DNA of 63,591 bases, filler included, from Sphacelaria rigidula (taxonomy: Eukaryota), in the NCBI GenBank assembly GCA_964200075.2. It is 10 parts of 10 records of this genome, joined end to end, with 100 filler letters (N's around TTAATTAATTAA, not from the genome) between each part and the next. Parts side by side here need not be neighbours in the genome. Positions count along the whole stretch, not along the records: positions 12,740 to 19,008 come from CAXNAA020021110.1; positions 19,109 to 25,377 come from CAXNAA020021111.1; positions 25,478 to 31,746 come from CAXNAA020021112.1; 7 more parts are not named here. One strand, 5' to 3'. The notes under the pieces were generated by a model. That model was not told the DNA's origin. It searched no databases and saw only the letters and a list, made by a program, of their open reading frames with translations. Position 1 is the stretch's first letter. Each line of letters starts with the position of its first letter. Below are positions 12,740-25,636 of this stretch, in pieces. The position numbers were made by a program, and so were the translations under genes.

Positions 12740-14205
12740 TTTTGACATGCGGAGTGAAAAAAGATACCTATGGTGGTGACTTAACTGTTGCTAGCGTGGC
12801 GCGTAGGCAGTTTGCAGCACACGCTGATCGCGTGGACAGCTCGGTACAGTACGAGCAGCTTCCCACAAGTAATAATTATTGCGATGTCAGGAGGACATGG
12901 TCACGGTAACAAACTGTACCGAAGTCGCAAGACCCGTGAAAGCTAGAGAGTTTGATTTTTATGAAGTGCATCCACAAAATTGAATCGGTTCTCAAAACCT
13001 AAGGGAAGGTGGCCGCTTCGGGTCCAGTTAAACATCCGAAGATACCATCGCACAGCAATACGAAACGTTTCCGGGATCGGCATCAGGCAGTGCTTGAACA
13101 ACGTAACAGTAGTCGACAAGTTACCGTTCGTATTGTTAAACAATGCGCATGGAACGCTTTGCAGGTTAAAAACACAGGTTTTGATGGAAAGAAACTTCTC
13201 CGGACCCCCATGTGTGTTGCATCCGCCTGTAAAATTCTTTCCTCGTTCATCGATGCCTGGCTGCGGGACAGGGAAGCCGTCCTCCCTCAGGTTTTGAGAA
13301 CCGATTCAATTTTGTGGATGCAGTTCATAAAAATCAAACTCTCTAGCTTTCACGGGTCTTGCGACTTCGGTACAGTTTGTTACCGTGACCACGTCCTCCT
13401 GACATCGCAATAATTATTACTTGTGGGAAGCTGCTCGTACTGTACCGAGCTGTTCACGCGATCAGCGTGTGCTGCACATTGCCTACGCGCCACGCTAGCA
13501 ACAGTTAAGTCACCACCATAGGTATCTTTTTTCACTCCGCATGTCAAAAAGGTCTCTACAAGTGTTTGATCTCTCATACACCCCCCTCAACTGGCGTGTG
13601 GCACGCCCTTCTGCTCGGCCACCCGGCTGAGGGAGGTCGGCGAAAATCGACGATGAATAACACCCCCTAAGTTCAAATTGGATCTATATGTTATTGCCGC
13701 ACCCCCGCCCTTGCTGGCATGTGTGTGACAGAGAACAGTAGTAGCGGTGACAGGAACATTGCCCTATTTTTCAACGACATGTTTTTCGGCGCACAGAGGC
13801 GCGTCCTGTCCAAAAGGAGAGGCAGAGAGATATCGATCTTCGCGTTGGCGACAGGCAAGAAGAGACGACGGAACCTCTCCGCACGTCGATGTTCTGGCAC
13901 ATGAAAAGTTTGGCACATGCTGGTATAATAACATCGATGATGCCAGTTTCTCGAGAGTTTGGTAATCGCCGAGCGAAGACACACAAGAGACACGGGCGAG
14001 GAGCTTCCTCTCTGTCGTTGCTTCTCTCTCTGGTGATATCGTCATCGACACGCGTGTACACCGCATTCGTTGGGTGCACCTAGCCACAGCTGCTTAACTG
14101 CTGCGGACATTTGGAGGGGAATATGGCTTCGCTCGGTCGCAAGTGTTTCGCGTCTTCCCCGCAAACGAGAAATGCCACTTCAACCCCATATTTTGTACGA
14201 ACCCC
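12740..14205. repeat. Large foldback (palindromic) repeat, copy 1
   Basis: 267-bp inverted arms at 12740-13006 and 13283-13549, with about 6 mismatches, around a 276-bp spacer. The left arm is cut by the contig start. The right arm continues to about 14200, based on homology to 16430-17600 and 54750-55790. Confidence 0.9.
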
Positions 14206-15239
14206 ATCTTCCAGGATCCACTATTAAATGGGCAAACAGACCGAAGTCTCCAGCAGCCTCGGCTTTTTACATACCCCATACACTGATCGAGAGTGTATGT
14301 ATACACAGTCATGCTATGTAGCTTCATAGCTTATGGTTATGGTACAGCACCTGTATGAACCTCATATATTTTTACACACATTTTCTTTTCTGTTCCTATT
14401 GTTTTCTGTTCCTTTTTTGTTTTTTTTCCTTAGAGCGTGTTTGAATTCAGTTTTTCTTGAGTACGTTAACCGGTTGTTGCCCGCACCCTACCCCGCATGG
14501 CTCCGGCCCCGTGCGACTCCGCGACCATGGAAGAAGACGCTCAAGTTAAAATATTCACCAAGAAGACATACATCATACCCAACTACGGCAGTGTGCATCT
14601 ATATCCCTGTGCCCAACTCGTGCTTTCTGCTGCAGGGTTGTGGTAGCTGGGAATAAGTGTTGTCGGGTTCGCATGGGTCAATCTGTGAACGGCGGGTGAT
14701 ACATATATATATCTGGCGTGATGCTCCATACGACAAAATTTCTGGGGTCCCAAAGGTGCACTGAAACCAGTTAGCACACAAGTGCACAAGTGTAAATGTA
14801 CACGCTGGAGGTACAGCACGGCTATGTCCTCCGGAGTCGGAGCAAGTGCCTTAGAGGCCATAGTTAGTCTCTCCTCCAAAGGAATGATGCTCATATTTCC
14901 CTCTGCTGTTCATGTTTCCCTCTGAGGGACGTTCACGAAAACCACGTGCCCCAGAGCACCATAGTTTTGGTACTCTGGAGGGATTGAGACCTCAAAAGTC
15001 ACTGGAGCATCAGATGCCCTTCAGAGGACTCGTTTTATGACCCGAACCGAGTATGAAATACCCTCTAGAGGGTATTTTTTTACTCCGGAGGGTCACTTCA
15101 CCCTCGAGAGGATGAAAATCGCGATCGAGGACTTTAAGGGGGAAGCCGAATGGCCGCGTGTTTGCCTGTAACCTCAAATTTGGACATTATAGACCTTGCG
15201 CAACGTCTGTAACGTCCATATTTGAGGTTACAGGCACCC

Positions 15240-16300
15240 CAGTGGCCGCCCGTGGGTAAGACACAGATAGGCAAGAGGGACGCGATCCTAAGAGATTCGC
15301 ACCTTGATACCAGGATTACGAGGTGTATTCTGATTAATATGAGTGTACCAAATGTAGAATGTGCAGGGGAAGTATGAGAGTGGAGCGCGAAATTGGTGAA
15401 TGAGCTGGAAACAGTACAGATGGCAGCAGCTAAGAAAAGATCTGGATGCTCAAACGACGAGTATTTCAGCAGTGAGAGCAGAGTTGAAATTGTACCCACT
15501 TGAGACAAATAGAGGCATGGGAGAACTGAAATGGCAGCATAGTGAATAAGATATTGCCAGACATAGTTGATATGGCCGTATGGGGGTAAGTGGCGGATGG
15601 GCAGGCTGGAATAAGGTGAGATGGCCTGGTCGGAAAAGTATGGAAGATCATTGGAGGAAACCAAGACGAGATAATGTCCACAGTTGAATGTGGGGGGTAC
15701 AGGGCAAAATTGGGAAACATGGTATAATTACAGGGGGGAAAGAAGCGCTGAAACGAAAAGTAGACGAGGAAGAGCACCTCGAGATAAACAGGGGGTTGAG
15801 AGAGGAGATAGAGACGATAACACATCCGCATGGTCCAATGGGCTCCGCGAAAAAGTTGAAACTGCGATTTCGGGTGGGGACCTCGACCTGCCAGGAAAAA
15901 GAAAGTATACCAGTAGTCGAGTGGGGCAGGAACTGGATCACAGTGTTGCCCCTGTGGCAAAGTACTAGAGACTAGAACTCACATAATGAAAAAATGTCAA
16001 CTGTACAAGGACGCACGGAAAGTAAACGAGGTGGCACGAAATCGTTCAATACATTAAACAAAAGCGAGAAAACAATGGCTATACTGCAAGATCGATGGTG
16101 GCCACAGACGGCGAATCAGAAAGGGGACAAGAGGTGTGTAAACATGTTTCTTATAGTATGGAAGAGACGTAACAAGCGCTCGAACGTTGGAGGCATCTCT
16201 ATCAGGAGTTGGAACGGTGCTCTGTCTCGAAAGGGGTGCGTGTTCAACGGTCAAACGACTGAGGGAAAAAGTACATGAATACCCTCCACCCGCCCCCCCC
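15240..16300 (+). mobile_element. 5'-truncated LINE, ORF2 C-terminus, family 1
   Basis: Frameshifted ...ELETVQMAAAKK...LKLRFRVGDLDLP...PCGK...RTHI...C...ILQDRWWP...NGALSRKGCVFNGQ, a post-RT region with a CCHC-like knuckle. C-rich tail. Confidence 0.85.
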
Positions 16301-16429
16301 ATGTGCCGTGGCTGTCTCTGGAAATGGCAGTACCAGGAAATGAAACAACTCATTGTTGGCTGTCATCCAAATATAAGATTACTAGTACGCTTCGGGCCAA
16401 ACAATCTTAAACAGCCGATCCTAAATTTT

Positions 16430-17600
16430 GGGGTTAAACACTAGAATAGGGTTCAAGCGGTATATGGTTTTTGTAGGAATAGCGCAAAACAGTTACACTA
16501 AGAGAAACCACATGCACCCCGCCCCACGAATCTGAAGCAGTTACGCAGTTGTGGCTAGATGCACCGAACGAATGCGGTGTACACGCGTGTCGATGACGAT
16601 ACCACGGGAGGGGTAACGGTAGAGATGAAGCTCCTCGCCCGTATTCTTTGGGTGTCCTCGCTCTCGGCGGTTTCCAATCGCTCGAGAGACTGGCATCATG
16701 CATCCTCCCAGCATGTACCAAATTTCCCGTGTGCCGCTAGGCAGGTTCTTGCTGCACAGCCCCCGAAAGAACATCGAGGTGTGCCGACGTGTCGTCTCTT
16801 CTTGTCTGTGGAGCTTACCAATGCAAAGATCGATTCATCTCTGCCTCTCTTTTTGGACAGGACGCGCCTCTGTGCGCTGCAGAACACGTCGTTGAAGAAC
16901 AGAGCGATGTTTCCGTCACCGACCGCTACTGTTCTCTGTCACACACATGCCAGCAAGGACGGTGCTGCGGCAATAACATATCCGACCGCAACGTGGGGGG
17001 CGTTATTGATCGTTGATTTTCCCCGACATGTGTATCTGCAACCTGTGCGTGCGCGACGACAAGAGCGTGCCACACGCCAGTTGGGGGGATGTAGGAGAGA
17101 TCAAACACTTTTGGAGACCTTTTTGTCATGCGGAGTGAAAAGTATAACTATCGTGGTGACCTAACTGTTGCTGGCGTGGCGCATGGAGGTGCCATCATGC
17201 TGCAACCTGGAGGACCTAACCACCCGCTGCATGTGCCGCGGTAGATTTCGAGAGCTCCCATTTGAGGAGGTCATTCATTGCAAGCTGGGGCAAGATATCT
17301 TTCACGAGGAACAAGAGTGCTCTATGACCAACCACTTGTCGTTGCATTTGAGACCCACGCCATCACCCGCCGACCGCAAAGGTCTTGTGGCTTTCAAGCA
17401 ACGCTGGTGGCAGTACGCCAGACAGGCTCGGTCACAGCCAGCTTTCGTTGCTCTGATGTCTGTACTGCCTGTCGTCTGTACAATCACCGTACTCGTAATA
17501 ACACCAAACTTAACAAGGGTTACAAAAACTAAAGAGTTCCATTTTTTCAACTCATTCCACACAATGTAAAGAACTCCGAACAGCCTGGATTCGTTTTTGA
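16430..17600 (+). repeat. Diverged arm of the foldback repeat family
   Basis: Colinear with the reverse complement of 13290-14205 and with 54750-55790. Confidence 0.8.
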
Positions 17601-18077
17601 GGTTCAACATTTTATTGAGATTTAACGGACCATCGGCATTTCATTTACTTTGTTCAAAAGGCTGGGGAGTCGCAAGCGTTTGCGATCATGTATGTGCCCC
17701 TAACCGAGAAGTTTCTGCACTACAGCGAAAGCATGATGGTGTGCAGTCCAACCGAAAAGCCGCCTTCAGTCATTGTGCCGCATCTATCGAGAAACCCTTG
17801 CGTCTAAGCGCCACGGGACACGTAACAAAGCATGCTGAAAACATACTTCTTTGGACTAGTCATCGATTTTTCCAGCGCCTCTTGTTGTGTATCAGAGAGA
17901 GGCTTCATACTGTTGCGCCAGCGACGACCGCCGTCAGCGAAACGATCCAGTGCGGCGGCAGACGCCAATGATCTTTGAAACGCAGCGTCATTCAGCAGTC
18001 TGCTGAGATATACCATCACCACAGCACAGCATCACCACAGTGCAGTTGTCAGTTGGATCAAATGGGTGCCCCACGAC

Positions 18078-19008
18078 TGCTGTTCGATGGTATCTTCTGA
18101 TGTTTAACTGGACCCGAAGCGGCCACCTTCGCTCAGATTTTGAGAGCAGTTTGAATTGTGTAGATGCAGTTCATAAAAATCAAACTCTCTAGCTTTCACA
18201 GTTGTTGCGACTTCGGTGCAGTTTGTTACCGTGACCACCTCTGAGCAGACGGGAGTACACGCTGTAGAGCAACGAAAGGAGGGAGGAGAGGGAGAACGGC
18301 TTCCCTGTGTCCCAGCCAGGTATTGATGAACAAGGAAAGACTTTTGACAGGCGGATACGACATAAATGGGGGCCCGGAGAAGTTCCTTTCCATCAAAATC
18401 CGTGTTTTCCAACCTGCAAAGCGTTCCATGCGCCTTGTTTAATACTACGAACGGTAACTTGCCGATTACTGTTCCGTTCTTCAAGGACTGCGTGATGCCC
18501 ATCCCCGAAAGGTTTGGTGTTGCTGTTCGATGGTATCTTCAGATGTTTAACTGGACCCGAAGCGGCCACCTTCGCTCAGGTTTTGATAGCCGTTTGAATT
18601 GTGTGGATGCAGTTCATAAAAATCAAACTCTCTAGCTTTCATAGATGTTGCGACTTTGGTGCAGTTTGTTACCGTGGCCACCTCTGAGCAGACGGGAGTA
18701 CGCGCGTAAAGCAACGAAAGGTAGCTATGATCCGGTTTGCCTGTCGTACTGCCGACAGCGTCGCGTGAAAGCCACAAGACCTTTGCTGTCGGCGGTTGAT
18801 GGCGGGGGTCTCGAATGCAACGACATGCGGTTGGTCGTAGAGCACTCTCGTCTCTCCTCCCAACTTGTCATAATCCATGACCTCCTGACATCGCAATAAT
18901 TATTACTTGTGGGAAGCTGCTCGTACTGGACCGAGCTGTCCACGCGACCACCGTGTGCTGCAGATTGCCTATGCGCCACGCTAGCAACAGTTAGGTCACC
19001 ACCATAGG
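18078..19008 (-). repeat. Foldback repeat spacer plus arm, with a 200-bp internal duplication
   Basis: 18078-18278 duplicates 18521-18721. The spacer at 18290-18572 and the arm running to the contig end match copy 1. Confidence 0.85.
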
Positions 19009-19235
19009 NNNNNNNNNNNNNNNNNNNNNNNNNNNNNNNNNNNNNNNNNNNNTTAATTAATTAANNNNNNNNNNNNNNNNNNNNNNNNNNNNNNNNNNNN
19101 NNNNNNNNCGTCCCGAGCTATGCCCTGCAAGCTCCCCACGTACAAGTCCACTGAGTGAGAAGATACTATACCTACATACACCCACCGTCCTTGGGTTAGA
19201 TAAGGCTGGCCCGTTGTCCACAGGCCCCTCTTATA

Positions 19236-19440
19236 CGAGGGCAGGTCGAGTAGAGTATACTCAACTGCGGGGCATTTTGAAAGTTGTACTGATGGTACAC
19301 AAATTGGCGGTAGGGGTTTAGGGATCGCTTTCCAGTTATTTTTTGGGTACGACTACTAACACTCTACTCCAATTTGAGTGCCTCAAGCACGTCTTTCAAA
19401 ATACCCCGCACTTGAGTATACTCTACTTGACCCGCCCTTG
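19236..19440. mobile_element. Tc1/mariner-like MITE, nearly palindromic
   Basis: TIR of about 48 bp: CGAGGGCAGGTCGAGTAGAGTATACTCAACTGCGGGGCATTTTGAAAG, mirrored at 19393-19440. Left flank is TA, right flank is AA. Confidence 0.8.
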
Positions 19441-19529
19441 AAAACAGCACATCTGTAAATACAAAAGCAGCAGGTGGATTGCCTGCCTGCCAAGCGTGTA
19501 CGATGAGTTGAAGGGTTGCTGGTGAGGTT

Positions 19530-19546
19530 CGTGCGTGCGTGCGTGC

Positions 19547-19596
<50 letters not shown>
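19530..19596. repeat. (CGTG)n(GT)n microsatellite
   Basis: Read directly from the sequence. Confidence 0.95.
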
Positions 19597-19597
<1 letters not shown>

Positions 19598-19780
19598 CGT
19601 GGCTCGCAGTACTGTGCGACGACAACACACACAGTACTGTGCGTGTACATCTTGCGTCGTCTCTATTGAGGGGTGGTGAGTGAATTCAAAAATGTGTTCG
19701 TTTTTAGACTGGCGGGTCTGCTCAAACGTGTTGTGGAACTGGTTCTATGGTACAGGTAGATATACGCCGGCCGGTTTTAA

Positions 19781-20031
19781 GGAGTTAAACCCTGAAATTT
19801 TGAACAGGTGTTCTACAAGTCATCACGCAACACTGCAAGGACGAGTTTCTTTCTTTTTTCAAGTTTTTGACGTTTTCACCGTTTTTTCGGGGTCCCAGTT
19901 TTGTCGGGAAAACTTCGATCCAGTCGGACCCCCATAAAATGGTTTAAAAAAATCGGAAAACCTCGTTCACACGAAGTTGCGTAATGACCCATAGCACACC
20001 TGTGCAAAATTTCAGGGTCTAAGGCCGCTCC
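19781..20031. mobile_element. MITE with about 50-bp TIRs and TTAA/TTAT flanks (Kolobok-like)
   Basis: GGAG-TTAAACCCTGAAATTTTGAACAGGTGTTCTA...ACGCAAC is mirrored at 19976-20031. A TTAA target with purine-initial ends fits Kolobok. Confidence 0.7.
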
Positions 20032-21218
20032 TTATAATAAACAAACATCACCCTGAAAAAACAAAATTGCCACTTTTTGTCCAGACAAAAACGTGACGAA
20101 ATTTTTGTTTGAACACTTCTTGCAGCAGCTGAGAAAAAAAACACCGAGTTGCAGCGTCTTGGACAGCGGTTTTCAGCTGAGATTCAAATCTGAATCCTGT
20201 CATCCGCTGTACGATGAAGCAAGCCCCTACAGCCTGCCGCACACACGCTCATTCACAACTGCCGACGCACCCCACATCCCACAGCAGCTCATCCACAAGC
20301 AAGCACCACCACTACCAAAGAATACATGGCGGCCGCAATCATCCTACCCTATTCGAGTCTGGTTCAGTGGGCACACGGCAGGGTACATGTGTACAACGGC
20401 AACACGATCAGCCCCAACGTCCTGAAGGCGCACCAGGGCGTCACGATCACCTACAGCGCGCTGGCTGTGAAAAACAGCGCATGACGAGTGCAGCCGATCG
20501 CAATAATCAGACGACGAATTCATTTGTGAACTGTGCAGCGGAGGGGCTAACTTGAGTGACTCGACAGCAACGGCGTTCAAAAAGCCGTAAGCCGTACGGG
20601 CTTCACGTGGAGGCAATGCGCCATACCACGCTCAGCTCAGGTGAGGGTTTAGATTTGCGCTCACACGCATGTTGGTTGTTGAATGCCGATTGCAATCACC
20701 TGCTACGCTACAACACAAAGGGAGTACGCACAATGTTGAGGACGGTCTTGTTGGTAGGGCACTCTGCCGGGGAGTTGACCGTGCTGCACTCGTGACACTA
20801 CAGAGTGACTTGTAAATTGCACCGCAACAGTAGGGTTTAAAATATGCGGAGGGTCTCGGATATCACTTGAGTACAATGTGGAGGTCTGCATAGTCGCCGC
20901 GCAAGTCAGAAACAGTACGAGTACGTCACTGGGGAAGGATAGTATTAGGCGCACACTTCGGGCGGAACCTAGCGCCAATGAAATGCGACCTTGGTGTGAA
21001 TTATGCGGTAAAACATGCGGGTAATTGTCTCGCAGACTCGAGTCACACCTCTAGCCTACGTTCCACAGTACAGGAGTGAATATTACAGTAGAGCCGGGGT
21101 AGATACAACAGCAGCATAGAAACAAAGCTACAATACAAGAAGACCAGCAGACAGCGACGGTATTGCCGCCGCAGGGGGTCATTACGATGCTCGTGTATCT
21201 GTATATCCTCATCTTAGT

Positions 21219-23200
21219 ATGGATGGTTGTGTCTTCCCGCCGCCGCCACCGCTGGCGCCGATGCCAGCTGCAGCGGCCGCCATGCTGACGGGCGCAAGCA
21301 GCACCACGGCTTCCCCCCCCAGTTTTTCGCCTGATTTGAAACGGATCCTTAGTGTTGGCCGAGTGACGATCTCGAACGCTCGGCCGTAATCGCCCTTCGC
21401 GCAAAAAGTAATTCACTACAGAATCATCCGAGTATTGCCAGTCAGGTTGGGCCGGCCTCACCAGATCGCGCTTGGAGGAGATAACACTTACGCAATTATC
21501 GAAATCGCCGTGCAAGTGATGGCATCCTAAACTCTCGTCCTTCGCGCATCCAGGTATACAGGCAAGGAACAGCAAACCAGTACTTTTACCGACACAGCTT
21601 CTGCTGTCTGGAATCGATGGGAAACCATCAAGAAGGAGGTCACACGGGACCTAGTCGCCGTTATTGGCAGGTGAGGATCTGCGATGTTTTCGTGAGATCG
21701 GGAGTAGAGGATACGAGAGTGAGAAGCGGTGAATCAATGAATGAATCGTTTCGGTTTCGAAAGTTCCCGCGAGGCCCGATGCGCTTTCTGTAGTAGCTTG
21801 TCACTGAAGCCCTTGATATCCCTCAGTAGGATATCGACATGTAGCTATACGCACACGTCAGTATTACAGGCAAAGACGAGCACGAACAGAATAAAAATTG
21901 GTCAAGAAAAGCGAGTGATGAGACCCATTCTCAATCAACGCTCTACTCTTAATCTCATAACACATTATTGATCGCGACTTCACCAATTCGAAGTTCATTC
22001 GGTGGGCGTAGGTGGACAACTGTAGTATGTTTGTACCTTACGCCGGAGGGTGGAGTTCAGCGGCGATGCTGTGGTAAGAATGTACGCAGGAAGAAGCGGT
22101 TTGCATAGGGGCTTCTGTGTACAAGACGTCATGAACCGTGTACCCGAGAGCCGTTCCGTTGCGGACGATACACCGCAGCACAGTACAATGAGGGGACCGC
22201 GGTTGGGCTGCGGGAAAACACCAATCACAAGCGGGGGGCGCTGACGGGGTCCGGCCGCACCGCCGCGGTTTATTTCTGGTTTTACTTTTGTCACGGTATC
22301 GCTCGGTGCGCTTTTATTTCCGTGAAGCACAGATGTGCTGCTACCTTCCCGGCCTTTTGTTTTTACACTTGACCGCTAACTGTACGTTTTACTGACGCCG
22401 CTGCCATTGGCGTATTCTCTCATGCAGCGACGTAAAAGTTGACGACAAACTTCCCTCCGGTCAACAAATGCCGGATCTCATGGAGCGCCTCATCGTGCAT
22501 GCCTGGGCTGTCACGCAAAAAAACCCGATAGAGGATCGGAAGAAGCGGCAATCGCAGAAGACGGCGAGGAAAAAGTGTGACTCGACAGACATGTCGTTGA
22601 AATGCGGCGAGGACGTGAGTCAGGGTGGGACAACCGACGGCGGGGCACGTGCGATGCCCAAGGAGTGGGTGCCCCCTCATCCACTCGTCTATGCCTTCTG
22701 GGGTCCGCAGAGTGCGGTCCCTGAGCAGGAATTCAACCAGCTGACCGCCAGTGGGCCGGATAGGAAGAAGCGGCGAGTTTTCACCTAGACCGAAGCTGGC
22801 ACCCCCGCGGAGGGAGACAGCGCCGATCCGCCGGTGAGTGCCGTTGAGTCGCCAGAGGCAATGAAGAAGCTCGACGACGACGGCGGCATGATGAGCCGCC
22901 GAAGCTTGTTGAGGGCGAAGAAGGAGAAAAGCGCAGAGGAAAAAATCGCGTCGCCATTTGCGCCGCACAGCGCGATAAAACCATAACCGCAATGCAGGGA
23001 GCCGTGAAACAAGCGTCGCAACCCGCAGGTTGCCAGGATGGCGGCGGTGTAGGAGCACCACCAAAAGGTGCGCATGCTGCAGAGCAGCACATCTGTTTCG
23101 AAGGAGCTGGGAAACCCCTCGAGGCGAAGGAGAACCTAGCAGAGCTGCCGCAGGTTCTGAACGGCACCTTGGCCGAGAACTCTGCAGCCGCTTGTACCGA
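21219..23200 (+). pseudogene. Spliced Myb/SANT-like gene of PIF/Harbinger type, degenerate
   Basis: Exon ...TASAVWNRWETIKKEVTRDLVAVIG|GTGAG, intron 21671-22427 (CTGAC branch site, TGCAG acceptor), then a phase-compatible exon SDVKVDDKLPSGQQMPDLMERLIVHAW...MPKEWVPPHPLVYAFWGP. In-frame stops and frameshifts are present. Confidence 0.6.
21682..21967. mobile_element. MITE family H2 (TIR CAGTGTTTTCGTGAGATTGAGAGTAG), intronic
   Basis: Degenerate TIRs at both ends. The same TIR occurs at 28075, 44436 and 57152. Confidence 0.65.
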
Positions 23201-25477
23201 GACCGATGAAATTCCAGCAAAGTCAATGCTCGAATCACCCGGCCCACCTACCGACACCGACAGCCAATCAACCTCGGATGCGAGCGAATATCTGAGTGAG
23301 GGCGACGGCTTTGGAGAATCTCAGTGTCCGCGCAGAGCAAGTCCGAGCAGGCACGTCGGGGTTGGAGGGGAGGAAAGAGGGCAAGGGCGTGCGCAGGAGC
23401 GGGCCGCAACGGATGTCCGCCATCGGAGGGACAATGCAGACGTCATCGACGTTGCCTAAATTTTGCCACACGGAGGGGTGCGGTTGTACGTCACTTGACT
23501 CCGTTTGTTTGTTCACGCATATACTTCCCTCCTCGATTTTTTGTTTTGATCTTGTCTCGGTGCTGGCTACGTTTGTTCGCAAGTCCGCTAGTATATTCAT
23601 GTTTTCTTTTGTACTGGTTCCATGTGTTTCCCTACCTCTGTTGTGTCGACTCTAAAGCGACTGAGCGAAGATGGCTGGGGTCCTCGGGGGTCGGTCGATG
23701 TGCGACAAAAAAATCGCACAGAAAAATGAAGATACATCTTCTGTTTGTTCGAGAGATCCGTGAAGCATTTGTTACTTCGGTTTTGTCCCACGGTAGTTCC
23801 TGGCCGGGTTTTTATTCTCCTTTTTTCAATTCTAAGTTTGGTCTGAGACAATTCCTTTTGTGTTCTATATCTTTTCATCCATTTGTAGCGAGCACAACCA
23901 TTTTCTTGATCACGTCAACATCGATGTAGCGGAGATGGGTCGGGCCTCTTTTTCTTTTCACAGCGAAAATTTCACTTTCGGTCCGTCTAGGGTGCGTCTA
24001 TCGTGTGACCACGGCTGGATACCCGGGGTCCGTCAAAGTGCGTTAATCAATCAAATCGATCAATTTCTGATTGATTTCTCACGAGCATTAGTCCAGATTG
24101 CCGCACCCTCTCCTGAAACCTGTCGGTTGAACTGTCTCGCCGGATTTTCGGCCATTTACCGGCCGGTGTCATGAAAAATGTCGGACCTAAACACGGCATT
24201 TGGTCTACCTGCGAAGAAAGGAAGGTCGAGAAGGAATGGAGCATGGGGGGGGGGGGGGGGTTCGCTGTCCAACAACAAAACGCGACCGGGCTTGTTATTT
24301 TCCTTAGATGCATACGCCAACCAGTTTCTCGGAGACCGCTCACTGGAGACGGAGATCGGTCGAATCCAGCACCAAATCCGAGATTTGTGTGGACTTGACC
24401 ACTCTCCGAGAAAAATGGTGGAGACCTAGAAAAAGCAAGGTTGGCCAGAAAAAAACTGTCAACACCGGAAAAGTACCAAGGTGTGCTCGAACCGTCTCAA
24501 CCAGTACAGCAAGGCATTCCAAGGTGTCAAAAGCCACCTTGCTCTCTTCTAGGGCGTGCGAGTTTGGGTGAAGTCGATATGATTTCGACTCTACTCAGAG
24601 TGGGGTAAAGTCGGGTACGATATTTACTCTCTATCCGAGTGCTGCCTCCAATGAAAAAATCCGGGTGTGGCGCGTTGCTTGTGGGCAGGGAGCAGCGTGT
24701 ATTGCTGTGTGCTTTCCCGCGCGAATACTTTGATGCATGCACGTAATAGCGGTGTTCGAAATGTACCCGACGCCTTCACCCGACAGCAGTGCGGTAAAGC
24801 CGCTGCAATTCCAATCAGTATGGCCCGAGCCGGAGTCATCACACGCGGGTGCACAGAAGAACCACGAAGCAAGCGATTTTGTTTCATTATCAGACGGGAG
24901 TCAGAGTCATCGCACGTCTGGATCTAAAGCAGGAAGAACTCTGGCCTTCCACACAATGATCGCACGGGCCGCCTAGGTTCGCACGTCTACCGTATTTGTA
25001 TTGCAACAGTAAGGCCCAACCTATCCCTCTTTCCCCCATCTCGAACACCGGTACCGGCAGCTTCTCGGTAAGACCCCGTCGCGACGCACACAACATCGTA
25101 TCCGCCGTCAACGAAGAAGAGTTCAATGAATTGAATAGCCGGCGTCTATAGTTCCACTCGCGCATGCTGGACCATCCTTTGAGACATTTCACAAGTACGA
25201 CATAATTACGCTCTTGTAACCTTACGTCCCAATGAGCAATATAAAAAGTGGCAATGAACATCAGGCCACGAAAATACAACAGATGCAACGACAAACGCTC
25301 GTTTGAAATACACTTTCTACGATAGCCCCCCCCCCCCCAAAACCAGCTAAAAGTGTCACGAAAAAAATGGCCATACANNNNNNNNNNNNNNNNNNNNNNN
25401 NNNNNNNNNNNNNNNNNNNNNTTAATTAATTAANNNNNNNNNNNNNNNNNNNNNNNNNNNNNNNNNNNNNNNNNNNN

Positions 25478-25599
25478 CGGGGCGGAGCACGCCGGGTTTT
25501 CGCCGGACCGGGTTGGTTGGGGGGGGGGGGGGGCGTACTCATTTGTTGCTTGCCTCAGTCGTTTGGCCATTGACCACGCATTCCTTTCGAGACGGAGCA
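25478..25599 (-). mobile_element. LINE family 1 3' end with a C14 tail, running into a family 2 fragment
   Basis: Minus strand reads ...AACAAATGAGTACG(C)n AACCAACCCGGTCCGGCGAAAACCCGGCGTGCTCCG. Confidence 0.75.
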
Positions 25600-25636
25600 A
25601 GTCCGACAAGGGGGGTCTACATTACTATTTTTTCAT

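Noticed and set aside
13007..13282. Recombinase-driven invertible switch between inverted repeats
   Set aside because: In a palindromic element, spacer orientation is indistinguishable from whole-element orientation, and no recombinase is present.
22420..23247. Longest ORF in the track (275 aa, minus strand)
   Set aside because: It is the antisense shadow of the GC-rich plus-strand Myb-like coding region, Arg/Leu-rich with no motif.
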